Source: Nitrospiraceae bacterium (GTDB taxonomy: Bacteria; Nitrospirota; Nitrospiria; Nitrospirales; Nitrospiraceae). From it: a stretch of 64,000 nt of DNA. The notes beneath the pieces were generated by a model that saw only the letters and a program-made list of their open reading frames with translations, searched no databases and was not told the origin of the DNA. Location of the stretch: assembly GCA_050246315.1 (NCBI GenBank), contig JBFWWG010000009.1:32001-96000 (forward strand), read 5' to 3'. Position numbers and translations under genes: made by a program. Positions 32,527 to 43,665 of this stretch are shown here, in pieces. Numbering within the stretch: the first letter of the stretch is position 1; each line of letters begins with the position of its first letter.

Positions 32527-34793
32527 TGAACGGGACATGGAGTCGAAGGTGTCGATGGCTGTTGTTCGCTGTCGCCGTCATCGCTGCGTGGGCGCCGCTC
32601 TCGCCCGAGGCGTGGAGCGCGGACGAAGAGACCGATGAGGAAACGCCGTTGATCGAGGTTGCGCCCGTGGAGGTGAGGGGGCAACGGATCGAAAACGTCA
32701 ACGACGTGAAGAAGGAGTTTGCGCGACGGCCGGCCAGCAATATCCTGATCGAAGAAAAGCAGATTACGGAGACTCGCGCGTTGAATCTGCAGGATGTCCT
32801 GCAATTCGCCCCGGGGGTGCGGTTTCAGTCCCGGTTCGGCGCGGATGAGGGCCAGTTTCAAATACGCGGCACCTCGCTTCGGAACAATTTTCACCATCGA
32901 GGGGTCAACATCCTGATCAACGGGATTTACTTCGGCGACGCGGACGGATTTTCGGATTTCGAGTCGATCGATCTGTTGGCGTACGAACGCATTGAAGTCT
33001 ACAAGGGTGCCAATGCCCTGCGGTACGGAGCCAATGCGATCGGCGGCGCGATCAATTTCGTGCCGCGGACCGGATACAGCGCCTCGCTGTTGCAAATGCG
33101 GTTGATCGGCGGCAGTTTCGGCATGGTGAGCGGGCAGGTCTCCAGCGGTAAGGTCACGCAACCTTTCAAAGTGGGGCACATGGACGCGACGATGGATTAC
33201 TACGTCAGCGTGAGCGCCAACCGCCAAGACGGGTTTCAGAGCAACAGCCAGCAGTCGCGGGAGCGTGTCAACGCCAATATCGGTCTGCAATTGGGATCTC
33301 ATCAGGAAATCCGGGCCTATTTTCTTCAGACGAACGTGGCCGAACGGATTCCCGGGGCTCTCACCACGGCTCAAATGTTCGCCGATCGACGACAAGCCGG
33401 AGGACAAACTCCCCCGCCGCTTCCGCCGCCCTTCTTCGCCTGTGTCCAGAACAACCAAACCTGCAACTATGGACGCTACTACAACTTGCAGCGGATCGGG
33501 CTGGCCTATCGGAATGAATTTTCGACGAACCAGTTCTTGGAAATCATTCCCTACTACTCCTACCAGTATCTCGACCATCCGATCTTTCAGACGATCAAAC
33601 AGGACAATAACAACGTCGGCGGCGAGATCCGCTACCGGAACGCGAACCACCTATTCGGCCGGCCGAACGTCTTCGTGGCAGGCGTTCAACCGCGCTACGG
33701 CGCTCAAGCACAATCGCGGTTCGTGAATATCAACGGCAACAACGGCGCGATGACCCAAAACGCGCATCTCAAAACGACCTACTTCGGGGCGTATGCCGAA
33801 GATCAGTTCGATGCTACGGAGGCGCTGACCCTGGTCGCGGGCGGCCGGTGGGACTACAGTGGGCGGCAGGGCACGATCCAGAACTTTGGGCCGGCGGGCA
33901 ATCCGTTCAATCCCAACACCCCGTCCGTCCCCACCACCCTGCAACAGCCACTTCACGATTTTGACGCCCTCAGCCCCAAGCTCGGGTTCGTGTACCGGAC
34001 GTCGCCGCATGCCCAACTCTATTTCAACGCCAGCCGGGCCTATGAGGCGCCGATCAATGTGGAGCTGACATCGGCCTTCAATCCGGACGGCAGCCCTAAC
34101 ACCGGCTTCCTAAACCTGGACGCCCAACGGGCCTGGCAGTTCGAAATCGGACATCGCGGCAAGGCCGCCGATGGACGGTACTTCTGGGACCTCACGGTCT
34201 ACGATCTCGAAATGCAGAAAGAGATCATCACCAACGTGATCAACAACACCAATACGTTCCGTAACGCCAATGCGACGAGACACACGGGAGTGGAAGTCGG
34301 CGGTGCCATCGTGGTGGCGAAGGGGCTGTGGGAAAAGGGACCCGGGCAGGAGGCGGATCAGGTCACCATGCGGGCGGCCTATACCTGGTCGCTGTTCCAA
34401 TTTACCGACGACGTATTTGGAGCGATGACGACCGGAGGGCCCAATGTCCTCATCGCCAAGAGCGGAAATCGCATTGCCGGGGCGCCGGAGCACAATTTGG
34501 CCTACGAGGTCCGCTACGATCATCCGAGGGGCTGGTGGGTGGCACCCAGCTTCGAGTGGGTTCCGAGCGGGTTCTACGTGGACTATCTGAACACGGTGAA
34601 GAATCCCTCCTACTTCGTGCTTCATCTGAGGTCGGGCTGGAACCTGACCCAGCACCTGACCTTCTATGCGGAGGCACGAAATCTGACGGATAAAACCTAT
34701 GCCGGCGCCGTAGTCGTCAACGATCCGTTGTTCCGCTATGCCAACGTGGCGCAAGGGATCAGCGGCTATGCGGGGCTCGAATATAAGTTCTAG
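32523..34793 (+). CDS. TonB-dependent receptor
   Basis: Signal peptide, plug (IRG, ERIEVYKGANALRYG..AIGGAINF), NLTDK.Y, terminal Phe. Confidence 0.93.
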   Translation: MMNGTWSRRCRWLLFAVAVIAAWAPLSPEAWSADEETDEETPLIEVAPVEVRGQRIENVNDVKKEFARRPASNILIEEKQITETRALNLQDVLQFAPGVRFQSRFGADEGQFQIRGTSLRNNFHHRGVNILINGIYFGDADGFSDFESIDLLAYERIEVYKGANALRYGANAIGGAINFVPRTGYSASLLQMRLIGGSFGMVSGQVSSGKVTQPFKVGHMDATMDYYVSVSANRQDGFQSNSQQSRERVNANIGLQLGSHQEIRAYFLQTNVAERIPGALTTAQMFADRRQAGGQTPPPLPPPFFACVQNNQTCNYGRYYNLQRIGLAYRNEFSTNQFLEIIPYYSYQYLDHPIFQTIKQDNNNVGGEIRYRNANHLFGRPNVFVAGVQPRYGAQAQSRFVNINGNNGAMTQNAHLKTTYFGAYAEDQFDATEALTLVAGGRWDYSGRQGTIQNFGPAGNPFNPNTPSVPTTLQQPLHDFDALSPKLGFVYRTSPHAQLYFNASRAYEAPINVELTSAFNPDGSPNTGFLNLDAQRAWQFEIGHRGKAADGRYFWDLTVYDLEMQKEIITNVINNTNTFRNANATRHTGVEVGGAIVVAKGLWEKGPGQEADQVTMRAAYTWSLFQFTDDVFGAMTTGGPNVLIAKSGNRIAGAPEHNLAYEVRYDHPRGWWVAPSFEWVPSGFYVDYLNTVKNPSYFVLHLRSGWNLTQHLTFYAEARNLTDKTYAGAVVVNDPLFRYANVAQGISGYAGLEYKF

Positions 34794-34959
34794 CCGAATA
34801 GCCCACCGAAGAGCCGGGCGGACGGCCACATCACCACTGGCTCGTGCGTGAATCGTGCACGGAGCGTGTCATCTGGAGACAGACGCGCGGCCCTTGCGCG
34901 TCGCTCATTGATTTCGCGGTACCCCGCCATTATAGTCAGCCGATCATGCGGGGACGGCT

Positions 34960-36069
34960 GTGATCAACCGGTGGTCGGGGGAAGAGGTCCGTGCGGACAT
35001 TCGAGCCGTGGCCGTTCCGCCGGTCAAGAGAGTACGGGGCCGGCTGATGGCGGGACTCCTGCCGGCGATCCTCGTCGCGCTTTCAGCGACTGCCGAAGCC
35101 GTTCCATCCGAGAGCGCGACTCGTCAATATGAGCGCGGCCTTCAATTGGTGAAGGAGCGGCAGATCGACGGGGCGATCGAAGCCTTCACCCGGGCGACCG
35201 AAGCGGACCCTCGATTCGCAGAGGCCCACTATCAGTTGGGACTCGCGTTGCTGACGGGCAAGAAACAGCGGCAGGAGGCGGCGGATGCGTTTCGCCGGGC
35301 GCTGTCCGCCTCTCCCAAACATGTCGAGGCGCGATATGAGTTGTCGATCTTGGCGCTGCAGGACGGACAGACGCGGGAGGCCGAGCAGGGTTTCCTCCGC
35401 GTGATCGAGCTGGCCCCCCAACATGAGCAGGCCTATCTGGAACTCGGTCAACTCTACGAACGCCGACCCGCACCGGAGTTGGCGATCAAGACATATCGAG
35501 CCTTGCTCACGGTCGATCGGGATCACCCGGAGGCGCTCTATCGGCTGGCCGGTCTTGCGGACGCCTCGGGAGACGCCGCCGGGGCCACGCGCTATCTGGA
35601 CCGGCTGTTGAAAGCGCGCCCGAGGCATGCCGACGGCTGGTATCTCAAAGGCCGCATCGCCGAAAGGCACAACGATCTGGTGGAAGCGGCCTACGCCTAT
35701 CGCCAGGCCATTCAAGCCAAACCGGGATTCATCGACGCACGCTACAACCTGGCCTTTATTCTCCGGAGTCAGGGGCAGACAGCGGAGGCCGCCGAACAAT
35801 TATCGGATATCATCCGACTGAAGCCGGAGCATGCCGATGCCCATATGAATCTCGGGTTGGTCTATACAAGTCTCAACCGCCTCGATGATGCCGAGCGAGA
35901 GTACGAAGCGGCGGTCACCTTCAACCCGGACCTCGCCGAAGCTCATTACAATTTCGGCGTGTTTTTGGAACTGCATCGCAAGGACATGGTTCGCGCCCTC
36001 GCGCAATATCGGAAGTATCACGAACTGGGAGGGCGGGATGATCGGGTCGAGCGCATCCTCGGCCCCTAA
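34960..36069 (+). CDS. Exported tetratricopeptide repeat protein (start uncertain)
   Basis: Multiple P..AEAHYxLG TPR units. Confidence 0.85.
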   Translation: MINRWSGEEVRADIRAVAVPPVKRVRGRLMAGLLPAILVALSATAEAVPSESATRQYERGLQLVKERQIDGAIEAFTRATEADPRFAEAHYQLGLALLTGKKQRQEAADAFRRALSASPKHVEARYELSILALQDGQTREAEQGFLRVIELAPQHEQAYLELGQLYERRPAPELAIKTYRALLTVDRDHPEALYRLAGLADASGDAAGATRYLDRLLKARPRHADGWYLKGRIAERHNDLVEAAYAYRQAIQAKPGFIDARYNLAFILRSQGQTAEAAEQLSDIIRLKPEHADAHMNLGLVYTSLNRLDDAEREYEAAVTFNPDLAEAHYNFGVFLELHRKDMVRALAQYRKYHELGGRDDRVERILGP

Positions 36070-36332
36070 CATGTGTGCCATCAGGCCGCCGTCTCACGCG
36101 CCCGACTCGGATGGCAAGACGCGCCGTTCCATGGTCGCGGCTGCAGTCAGCAGGACGTTGGATTTCCGGAACGTGTCATTCGTCAATCGTGCGGGATTGC
36201 CAGGCTCTGGCGACCTGTCTGCTTCCGCGTTGGTCGAGTGCCTGGTGATATTTGACGCATGACGGTCCAGCCAATCGGCGAGAACAAGGTTGGCGCGCGG
36301 TTTCAAGCGGTTTCATTTGCGGCCAGCAGCCG

Positions 36333-36872
36333 CTACCACCACCAGGGATAGCGGCCATAGGGTCCCCAGAAATTATAATAGCCCGGGTAGACCGGCTGAT
36401 TGAGGTAACGGACCTCCGTCGGCGGGCTCCAGACGCGGATCTGGCGGATGGTGAGGAGGGGATAGACATACTCGATCTCATCGAGCGGGAGCGTGGTGCT
36501 GCCGCTGGCTTCTCCCACGACCGTGACGCGGGTCCCCGGTGGCAAGGCGGCCGGGTCCACCGGCTTGGTCTCCAGAGCAAAAAAGCGGCCTTGCGTCGCC
36601 ATGCGATCCGGTGAAGGTTCATAACGGTCGCCCAGTGGGAGTTGCAGGACTTCGACTCTGGTTCCTGTCTTGAGGCGTTTGGCGGAAAGCACTTCTCCTC
36701 CAAACATGACGACATGCCCACGATAACTGTCGGGCATCTCAATGAGCTGTGGAAAGGTGATGGTCCGGTCGATCTCTTCAGCTTGAGTGATCTCTGCGGT
36801 CCAGGGAGATTTCGTACAGCCCGCGGCGACGAGGCACAGAGGCAGGACGGTGATCGGCATCCATCGGATCAT
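36333..36872 (-). CDS. Slp family outer-membrane lipoprotein
   Basis: Lipobox AAGC, V.FGG.V, EVLQLPL, QGRF, VTVVG, YVYP. Confidence 0.85.
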   Translation of the reverse strand: MIRWMPITVLPLCLVAAGCTKSPWTAEITQAEEIDRTITFPQLIEMPDSYRGHVVMFGGEVLSAKRLKTGTRVEVLQLPLGDRYEPSPDRMATQGRFFALETKPVDPAALPPGTRVTVVGEASGSTTLPLDEIEYVYPLLTIRQIRVWSPPTEVRYLNQPVYPGYYNFWGPYGRYPWWW

Positions 36873-36962
36873 AGCCGGAGTAGAGCAAGCGCATGTTCGT
36901 GGTTCATGGACTATAATGAATCAGCCGTCCGGGAACGGGTGGAGAAAAGAAAGGAGCGTCCG

Positions 36963-37622
36963 GTGAATCGTGGTGGACAGATCTGGAGAGTGGTCGTGTT
37001 GGCGGTGGCGGCTGGTCTGTGGTCCGTGTCCAGCGGACTGTCGGCCGGTGCGGCGGGCAAAGGCGACAAGGTCGAATTGAAAGGCAAGTACGAATTGGTC
37101 AACGAGCCCTCGACCCACGTCAAAGGCAAAGTGAAGCTGGTTGAGTTTGCCGATTTTTACTGTCCGCATTGCCATCACTTCGAGGAGGCCGGGCTGCCGG
37201 TCCTGAAAAAGGAATTCGGCGATAAGCTGGACGCAACCATGGTGGGTTTCCCGGTCTTTCGGCAGATGTTGCCGACGCCGTTCGAAATGTATGAGCAGGC
37301 GAAGACCATGGGGAAGGGCGAAGAAATGAAAAAAGTCCTCTTCCGCACCATCCATACCGATAAGGTCAAGATCTTTGATAAATCGCTCCGCGCCGTTCTG
37401 ATCAAGGAGGTCGGCCTGGACCCCGTGGCCTTCGAGCAGGGATTGGAGAGCGGGAAGCCCATCAAAGCGCTCGAGGAAGGCAAGCGATGGGGCGAACGCA
37501 TCAATCTGCAGCAAACGCCCACCTTGTTGCTCGACGGGTACGTCAAAGTCACCGACATCAACCCTGATAACGTCAAAGTTGTCATCCAGAGCATCCTGGA
37601 TCAGGAGGCGAAGAAGCGGTAG
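36963..37622 (+). CDS. DsbA family thiol:disulfide protein
   Basis: [14 protein letters not shown] cis-Pro loop; GTG start after AAGGAG. Confidence 0.85.
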   Translation: MNRGGQIWRVVVLAVAAGLWSVSSGLSAGAAGKGDKVELKGKYELVNEPSTHVKGKVKLVEFADFYCPHCHHFEEAGLPVLKKEFGDKLDATMVGFPVFRQMLPTPFEMYEQAKTMGKGEEMKKVLFRTIHTDKVKIFDKSLRAVLIKEVGLDPVAFEQGLESGKPIKALEEGKRWGERINLQQTPTLLLDGYVKVTDINPDNVKVVIQSILDQEAKKR

Positions 37623-37657
37623 CGGTTCCGCTACCTATCCCTGGAGAGGAGACACCC

Positions 37658-40327
37658 GTGGCGTCCGATCCGATCTGTGGGATGACCGTCGAGCCTGTCA
37701 CGGCGGCAGGCCGTTACGACTACGAGGGCACGACCTACTATTTTTGCAGCCAGCATTGCCTGCATACCTTCCAGGCAAACCCTGTCCGTTACGCCAACGC
37801 GTCCTCCACCAGGTCCTCTGCAACCGCGACCTCGCCTCTGATGATGCCGAGTCTCTCCAAGAAGGGTCTTGTCATGGTCGAGCCTCCTTCTGCTCCGGCC
37901 GGTCCCACGGCCAAAGATCCGGTCTGTGGGATGACAGTCGTGCAGGCCTCGGCGGCCGCCACCCTCCTGCATGAAGGGACGACCTATTATTTTTGCTGTA
38001 CAGGCTGCCGCGACAGGTTCCAGGCCGATCCCGATCGTTATCTCCATCCGGAGCGGGCCAAGCCTGCCGCTCCGGCCACGGGTACCGTCCAGCGTTACGT
38101 GTGCCCGATGTGTCCGGAAGTCGAATCCAAAACACCGGCCCCCTGCCCGAAGTGCGGCATGGCGCTCGAACCGGCGACTGTGCAGCCCTTGACCGGTACG
38201 GAGTACGTCTGCCCGATGCATCCGGAAGTGCGGCAGGCCGAGCCGGGCTCCTGCCCGATCTGCGGGATGGCGCTGGAGGCCAGGACGGTCGCCAAACAGC
38301 AAGAGGACAACCCCGAGCTCAGCATGATGAGCCGGCGATTCTGGCTCTGCCTGCCGTTGGCGGCGGTGGTTCTGGTTACGGCGATGTCGGACATGATTCC
38401 CGGGCAACCCTTGCAGCAAATCGCCTCCCGAACGCAGCTCAACTGGCTGGAGTTCGTGCTCGCCACGCCGGTGGTCCTCTGGGGAGGCTGGCCGTTCTTC
38501 GAACGGGGTTGGCATTCGGTCACGTCGCGCCATTTCAACATGTTTACCTTGATCGCGATGGGGACGGGCGCCGCCTACGGCTATAGTGTCGTAGCGACGT
38601 TGTTTCCGGACTGGCTGCCGGCCTCGTTCAAACATGCCGGTGGCGCGGTCGCGGTCTATTTTGAGGCGGGAGCCGTGATCACCGTCCTCGTCCTTCTGGG
38701 GCAGGTGCTCGAGCTGCGCGCCCGGAGTCAAACCGGCAGCGCCATACGTTCGCTGTTGCAACTGGCTCCGTCCATCGCTCACCGTCTTCGGGGTCCCGGA
38801 CAGGAGGAAGAGGATATCTCGCTGGAACTGGTCCATCCCGGAGATCGGTTGCGCGTGAGGCCCGGCGAGCACGTTCCGGTGGACGGCCTCGTCATTGAGG
38901 GCAGCAGTGCGGTCGATGAATCGATGCTGACCGGTGAATCGCTGCCGGTGGAGAAGACGGATGGGTCACCTGTAACAGCCGGCACGCTCAACGGGACCGG
39001 TTCCTTCGTGATGCGGGCGGAAAAAGTCGGCGCGGAGACGCTGCTGGCCCGTATCGTGGCGATGGTCAGCGAGGCTCAACGAAGCCGGGCGCCGATTCAA
39101 CGATTGGCCGATGTCGTCTCGGGCTACTTCGTACCGGTCGTGGTGGCGGTCGCGCTGATGGCTGGCCTGGCCTGGTGGTGGTGGGGACCGGAACCTCGCA
39201 TGGCCTTTGCGCTGCTGAACGCGGTCGCGGTGTTGATCATCGCCTGTCCCTGCGCTCTGGGGTTGGCCACGCCGATGTCGATCATGGTGGGAACCGGTCG
39301 AGGAGCGACCGCAGGCGTGCTGGTCAAACATGCCGAGGCGTTGGAGAGGCTGGAGAAGGTCGATACTTTGATTTTCGACAAGACCGGCACCTTGACGGAA
39401 GGAAAGCCGACTTTGAAAAGTTTCCGGTTCGTCCCTCCTTGGGATCAGAACGAACTCCTGCGGTTGGTGGCCAGCCTGGAGCAGGCCAGCGAACACCCGT
39501 TGGCGTCAGCCATCGTGAGGGCGGCGGATCATCAGGGTGTGAAGCGTAGTGAGACGACGCATTTTCAGGCGGTCACCGGCAAGGGGGTCAGAGGGATCGT
39601 CGAGGGAAAGCAGGTGGCGGTCGGGTCGGTCGCATTTCTCAGGGATGAGCTACGAGTGCCGGCGCTGGAATTGCGGGCCTTGGCCGACGAGGGGGAACGA
39701 TTGCGACAGGACGGGCAAACCGTCGTGTTCGTCGCGGTGGAGGGGCATGCGGTGGGGCTGATCGGTGTGGCGGATCAGATCAAGGAGACCACGCCGGAAG
39801 CCGTCCGATTGCTCAGAGAGGACGGATTACGTTTGATCATCGTGACCGGCGACAATCGCACCACCGCCGAGTCCGTCGCCTCCAGGCTGGGAATCACGGA
39901 GGTGCGGGCCGAGGTGCTCCCCGATCACAAGGGGGCCATCGTCAAGCAGTTGCAGGCGGAAGGGCGGATCGTGGCGATGGCCGGAGATGGCGTCAACGAT
40001 GCCCCGGCGCTGGCTCAGGCCGATGTCGGCATCGCCATGGGCACCGGCACCGCCGTCGCCATGGAGAGCGCGGGTATGACCCTGCTCAAGGGGGACCTTC
40101 GCGGTCTCGTCCGAGCTCGGCGATTGAGTCGGGCCACCATGCGGAACATTCGCCAGAATCTGGTGTTCGCCTTCCTTTATAATGCGGTCGGCGTGCCGAT
40201 CGCGGCCGGTGTGCTCTATCCGGTTTGGGGACAGTTGCTAAGTCCGATGCTCGCCAGCGCGGCCATGACGTTCAGCTCGGTGTCGGTCATCGGTAATGCG
40301 CTCAGGTTGCGACGGGTTCTCCTGTAA
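37658..40327 (+). CDS. copA: Cu(I)/Ag(I)-type P1B ATPase with two YHS and two CPMxP metal-binding domains
   Basis: CPC, DKTGT, TGES, SEHP, GDGVND, YN and MxxSS motifs; DPxCGM..YYFC x2; CPMCP/CPMHP..CPxCGM. Confidence 0.92.
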   Translation: MASDPICGMTVEPVTAAGRYDYEGTTYYFCSQHCLHTFQANPVRYANASSTRSSATATSPLMMPSLSKKGLVMVEPPSAPAGPTAKDPVCGMTVVQASAAATLLHEGTTYYFCCTGCRDRFQADPDRYLHPERAKPAAPATGTVQRYVCPMCPEVESKTPAPCPKCGMALEPATVQPLTGTEYVCPMHPEVRQAEPGSCPICGMALEARTVAKQQEDNPELSMMSRRFWLCLPLAAVVLVTAMSDMIPGQPLQQIASRTQLNWLEFVLATPVVLWGGWPFFERGWHSVTSRHFNMFTLIAMGTGAAYGYSVVATLFPDWLPASFKHAGGAVAVYFEAGAVITVLVLLGQVLELRARSQTGSAIRSLLQLAPSIAHRLRGPGQEEEDISLELVHPGDRLRVRPGEHVPVDGLVIEGSSAVDESMLTGESLPVEKTDGSPVTAGTLNGTGSFVMRAEKVGAETLLARIVAMVSEAQRSRAPIQRLADVVSGYFVPVVVAVALMAGLAWWWWGPEPRMAFALLNAVAVLIIACPCALGLATPMSIMVGTGRGATAGVLVKHAEALERLEKVDTLIFDKTGTLTEGKPTLKSFRFVPPWDQNELLRLVASLEQASEHPLASAIVRAADHQGVKRSETTHFQAVTGKGVRGIVEGKQVAVGSVAFLRDELRVPALELRALADEGERLRQDGQTVVFVAVEGHAVGLIGVADQIKETTPEAVRLLREDGLRLIIVTGDNRTTAESVASRLGITEVRAEVLPDHKGAIVKQLQAEGRIVAMAGDGVNDAPALAQADVGIAMGTGTAVAMESAGMTLLKGDLRGLVRARRLSRATMRNIRQNLVFAFLYNAVGVPIAAGVLYPVWGQLLSPMLASAAMTFSSVSVIGNALRLRRVLL

Positions 40328-40334
40328 AGAAGAC

Positions 40335-41759
40335 ATGCGAAACAGGATGCGACACCGGCTGCCCGTCCAACTCTGCCTCTGTTTCCTCGCCGCGTTGGGG
40401 GGGCAGGCTCCCTGGGCGTCGGGAGCTGATCGGAGCAATGGCCTCGCGTCCGCGATCGATCTGCAAACTCAGATCAAGACCACCGCCTCCAAGGTCACGC
40501 CCGCCGTGGTCAGCATCTCCGCTACCGTGTTTGTGCCCGATCAAGCGCTGAGCGACGAGAACCTGCCCTTTGGATTGTTTCGAGACCAGCCGCAGCTTCG
40601 TCGACAATATGGCCAGGGCTCGGGCGTCATTGTGTCCTCGGACGGGTATATCATCACGAACAACCATGTCGTGGCCGATGCGGTTGATGTGGAAGTCTTG
40701 TTGACCGACCGCCGCCAGTTCAAGGGACGGGTAGTGGCGACCGACCCGAGGACAGATGTGGCCGTTGTCAAGATTCAGGCGGCCACACTCCCGACGGTAC
40801 CATGGGGGGATTCGAGCAAGTTGTCGGTCGGGGATTTTGTGCTGGCGATCGGGAATCCCTTGGGGTTGAGCCGGACCGTGACCTTCGGCATCGTCAGCGC
40901 GGTGGGCCGAGCCGATGTCGGCGTGGCGGATTATGAGGACTTCATCCAGACGGATGCGCCGATTAACCCGGGCAATTCCGGCGGCGCGTTGGTGAATATC
41001 TGGGGCGAATTGGTGGGGATTAACACCGCCATTGCGAGCCCGACCGGTGGCAGCGTCGGCGTTGGGTTTGCCGTGCCGAGCAACATGGCGCGGACGGTGA
41101 TGCAAAGCTTGCTGAAGACGGGCCGGGTGGTACGAGGATTTCTGGGAGCGTCAACTCAAGACGTCACCCCGCTGCTCAGCAAGGTCTTCAAACTTCCGGA
41201 TGTGAAGGGCGCCATTATCACCGATTTGCAGGCCAAGGGGTCGGCCGAGCGGGCGGGCCTTCGCCGCGGCGACGTCGTTGTGCGATTCGACGGGCGTGAG
41301 ATCCCTGACGGGGGACATCTACGCAATGTGATCGCCGCCGCACCGATCGGCAGCCGGCACAAGGTGGAGATCGTGCGCGACGGACGCCTGTTCCAAGCGG
41401 ATTTGGCCGTCCAGGAGGCGCCGCGGGAACGTGCGAGAAAGGCCGAAGCACTCGATTTGGAAAGCCAGCGCACCCATCCGCTGGCGGGGCTGATGATTGA
41501 TGAACTGACCCCGATGATGGCCAAGCAAATGGGGGCGCCGAGTCACACCGGGATCGTCGTGACGGATCTCGAAGAGGGCAGTCTCGCCGAAGCGGCCGGC
41601 ATGCAGCCTGGCGATGTCATCCTCGAAGTCAATCGCCAGCCTGTGCCGAATTTGCTCGCCTACCAACAGGTAGTCGAGCCTATCAAGCCCACTGACCTGA
41701 CTCTCCTCCTCATCAATCGACAGGGAACGGTGCTCTACGTCCCGATCCAGAGCGAATAG
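40335..41759 (+). CDS. Do/DegP/HtrA serine protease with two PDZ domains
   Basis: TNNHVV, TDVAV, INPGNSGG triad. Confidence 0.93.
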   Translation: MRNRMRHRLPVQLCLCFLAALGGQAPWASGADRSNGLASAIDLQTQIKTTASKVTPAVVSISATVFVPDQALSDENLPFGLFRDQPQLRRQYGQGSGVIVSSDGYIITNNHVVADAVDVEVLLTDRRQFKGRVVATDPRTDVAVVKIQAATLPTVPWGDSSKLSVGDFVLAIGNPLGLSRTVTFGIVSAVGRADVGVADYEDFIQTDAPINPGNSGGALVNIWGELVGINTAIASPTGGSVGVGFAVPSNMARTVMQSLLKTGRVVRGFLGASTQDVTPLLSKVFKLPDVKGAIITDLQAKGSAERAGLRRGDVVVRFDGREIPDGGHLRNVIAAAPIGSRHKVEIVRDGRLFQADLAVQEAPRERARKAEALDLESQRTHPLAGLMIDELTPMMAKQMGAPSHTGIVVTDLEEGSLAEAAGMQPGDVILEVNRQPVPNLLAYQQVVEPIKPTDLTLLLINRQGTVLYVPIQSE

Positions 41760-41866
41760 GAGCTGTGACCGCCCTCCTCTCGCTCGTATCCGATTCGATA
41801 CCGATCTGTATCTCTTCGGATACGGCACGAGTGCTTGCCAGACGCTCGGCGTTCAGTAGGGACTCT

Positions 41867-42110
41867 AACCCGTGCGATTCATGAACGATTCTACGGCAAT
41901 GACGGATTCGCTGCTGCGACGAACCGGGACAGTCGAAGGTGTTTTTCCGGCGGCGTATCAAACAGTGAGGGAGGAACACGCCCGTAGGGTGCTTCTCCGC
42001 AGGCGCTGTTACGGAAATACGATGAATAGCCGACGGTTCAAGCGAAGGTTGGTAGAGAGAGGCTTCGCCTGACAAGCTGCCGGTTCACACGAAGTGTGGT
42101 ATGGCGGGCG
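41867..42110 (+). ncRNA. Candidate structured RNA, copy A (unnamed)
   Basis: 33-nt and 21-nt blocks identical to the 62.9-63.0 kb element; two CGGTTC-stem-GAA-stem modules with compensatory changes. Confidence 0.5.
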
Positions 42111-42365
42111 GGCTCGCCGCTCAGTCTCTCAACATGCTGTTTCACTTATGCTTCGGGCTATTCACGTCTCCGGGCGTCCGTCTCACGACGTGATTCCATC
42201 ATTTCGTCACGAATCATCATGAATCATGCGGGTTCGGCCACCATACCCACGAGTCGGCTGCTAGGCTGAAGCAGTTGCAGGACCTAGCCGGTACCCAACT
42301 TGCCTCCTTTGTGATCTGAACGGGCACCTGGCTCGCGCTGAGATCCTTGCGGAAGGAGACGGCTC

Positions 42366-42938
42366 ATGAATAAACGACTGGTCACGGGACTTGGAGTTCT
42401 GGGCATGATGATCTGGCTGGCTTTGTTTTCCGCCGGTCTGCTTCTGGATTCGGCGCCCTATCGGAAGGCGATTGCGGCGGCGATGAAGGCCAATCAGTCT
42501 GTACTCCTGGAAGATGTGATCCTGGCTTCGCTGCTTTTTACTCCGACGAACGTGGCCTTCCTCAGCGTCCTGGCCGGATTTCTGGGCGGGTGCACCAGTG
42601 TCCTGAACGATCGCCATCTCTTGCAGGAGGAGATCCATCGGGCGCAGGAGGTGGGGGACCAGGGGCGGGTTTCACGACTGGAGCGCCGGATCAGATTCAT
42701 GGGAGAGTCCCCCATTGTGTCGATGATGCGGGGGTTCGTGGTCTATCTGGCCATCATCTCGGGCATCTTTCTCGTGATCTCCAATCCATTTGATAATCCA
42801 AGCATGGATCAATTCATCCGATTGGCCGGCTTGTTCTCGGTCGTGGCCTTCATGATGGGGTATGATCCGACCCGGTTCGAGGACCTGTTGGAAAAAGTGT
42901 CTTCGCTCAGCCAGAAGCCACCACCGCGCAATCCGTGA
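42366..42938 (+). CDS. Hypothetical 4-TM membrane protein
   Basis: 190-aa ORF after AAGGAG; four hydrophobic segments. Confidence 0.65.
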   Translation: MNKRLVTGLGVLGMMIWLALFSAGLLLDSAPYRKAIAAAMKANQSVLLEDVILASLLFTPTNVAFLSVLAGFLGGCTSVLNDRHLLQEEIHRAQEVGDQGRVSRLERRIRFMGESPIVSMMRGFVVYLAIISGIFLVISNPFDNPSMDQFIRLAGLFSVVAFMMGYDPTRFEDLLEKVSSLSQKPPPRNP

Positions 42939-42972
42939 CGGTCTCTGGAGGCGGGGAGAGGCTCTCGGGCGA

Positions 42973-43665
42973 CTACGTCCGGCGGGAGAAGAAGCGTGAA
43001 AGCCGGGTGAAGAACGAGGCGAGACTGAAAATCAATCCAGCCACGCTTGGGTACAGGCGGGAAGGGGTCGTTCCCACCGTTTCGTTGAAGGGTGAAAACG
43101 TGATCAGCAACAGGCAGCCGTCGTCGGTGGACGTTTCGCGGTGCAGACTGCCCGCTGCCGACCGGTGGTAATCGCCGGGGAAGAGAGCTTGTCCTTCGCA
43201 GACGCACCCGCCCTCCAACACGAACAACTCCTCCACCGCCGCATGCCGATGCGGGGTATGCCGAGTGCCGGGAGCGAATCGGACCAGCGCCGTCGTCCGC
43301 TGCGTGACCGGATCGTTGTAGAGCACCTTCATCTTCGTGCCGGCCGAGACGTCCAACCAGGTCCCTTCCGAGGCCCTGATGTAGGTGAACTCACGGCCGG
43401 CGGAAGCCTCCCGCTGCGGTTCAGCCTGAATGCGGGTCATGAGTTTGGCTCTGAGATCGGTCGGCGGCGGGACGGGGTCGATCAACGTCGCCAAGCGGGC
43501 GGCCGTCTGCCGGAACTCCGCCACTTCCGCCCTGGCCGTTTGCGCGTCGGCGCCTTCATCCTCGATGAGCCGTTCGAACTCACTCAGCTCCTGTCCGTCA
43601 AGGGCGTTCAGCGCAAGTAACGGAGCTTGGTCCTGTCGATCATCCGGTCGTGCCGGCGTCATCAT
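42973..43665 (-). CDS. Anti-sigma factor with ChrR-like cupin domain
   Basis: ALNALD..E..EFE..PVPPP.DLRAKLM anti-sigma N-terminus; PHRH..VEELFVLEG..PGDYH..GSLH cupin; overlaps the sigma stop. Confidence 0.8.
   Translation of the reverse strand: MMTPARPDDRQDQAPLLALNALDGQELSEFERLIEDEGADAQTARAEVAEFRQTAARLATLIDPVPPPTDLRAKLMTRIQAEPQREASAGREFTYIRASEGTWLDVSAGTKMKVLYNDPVTQRTTALVRFAPGTRHTPHRHAAVEELFVLEGGCVCEGQALFPGDYHRSAAGSLHRETSTDDGCLLLITFSPFNETVGTTPSRLYPSVAGLIFSLASFFTRLSRFFSRRT

Noticed and set aside
42034..42099. tRNA (GGTTC T-loop-like) or c-di-GMP-I riboswitch
   Set aside because: No cloverleaf or T-stem pairing; the GGCAAAC..GAAA..GCAAAG P1 signature is absent.
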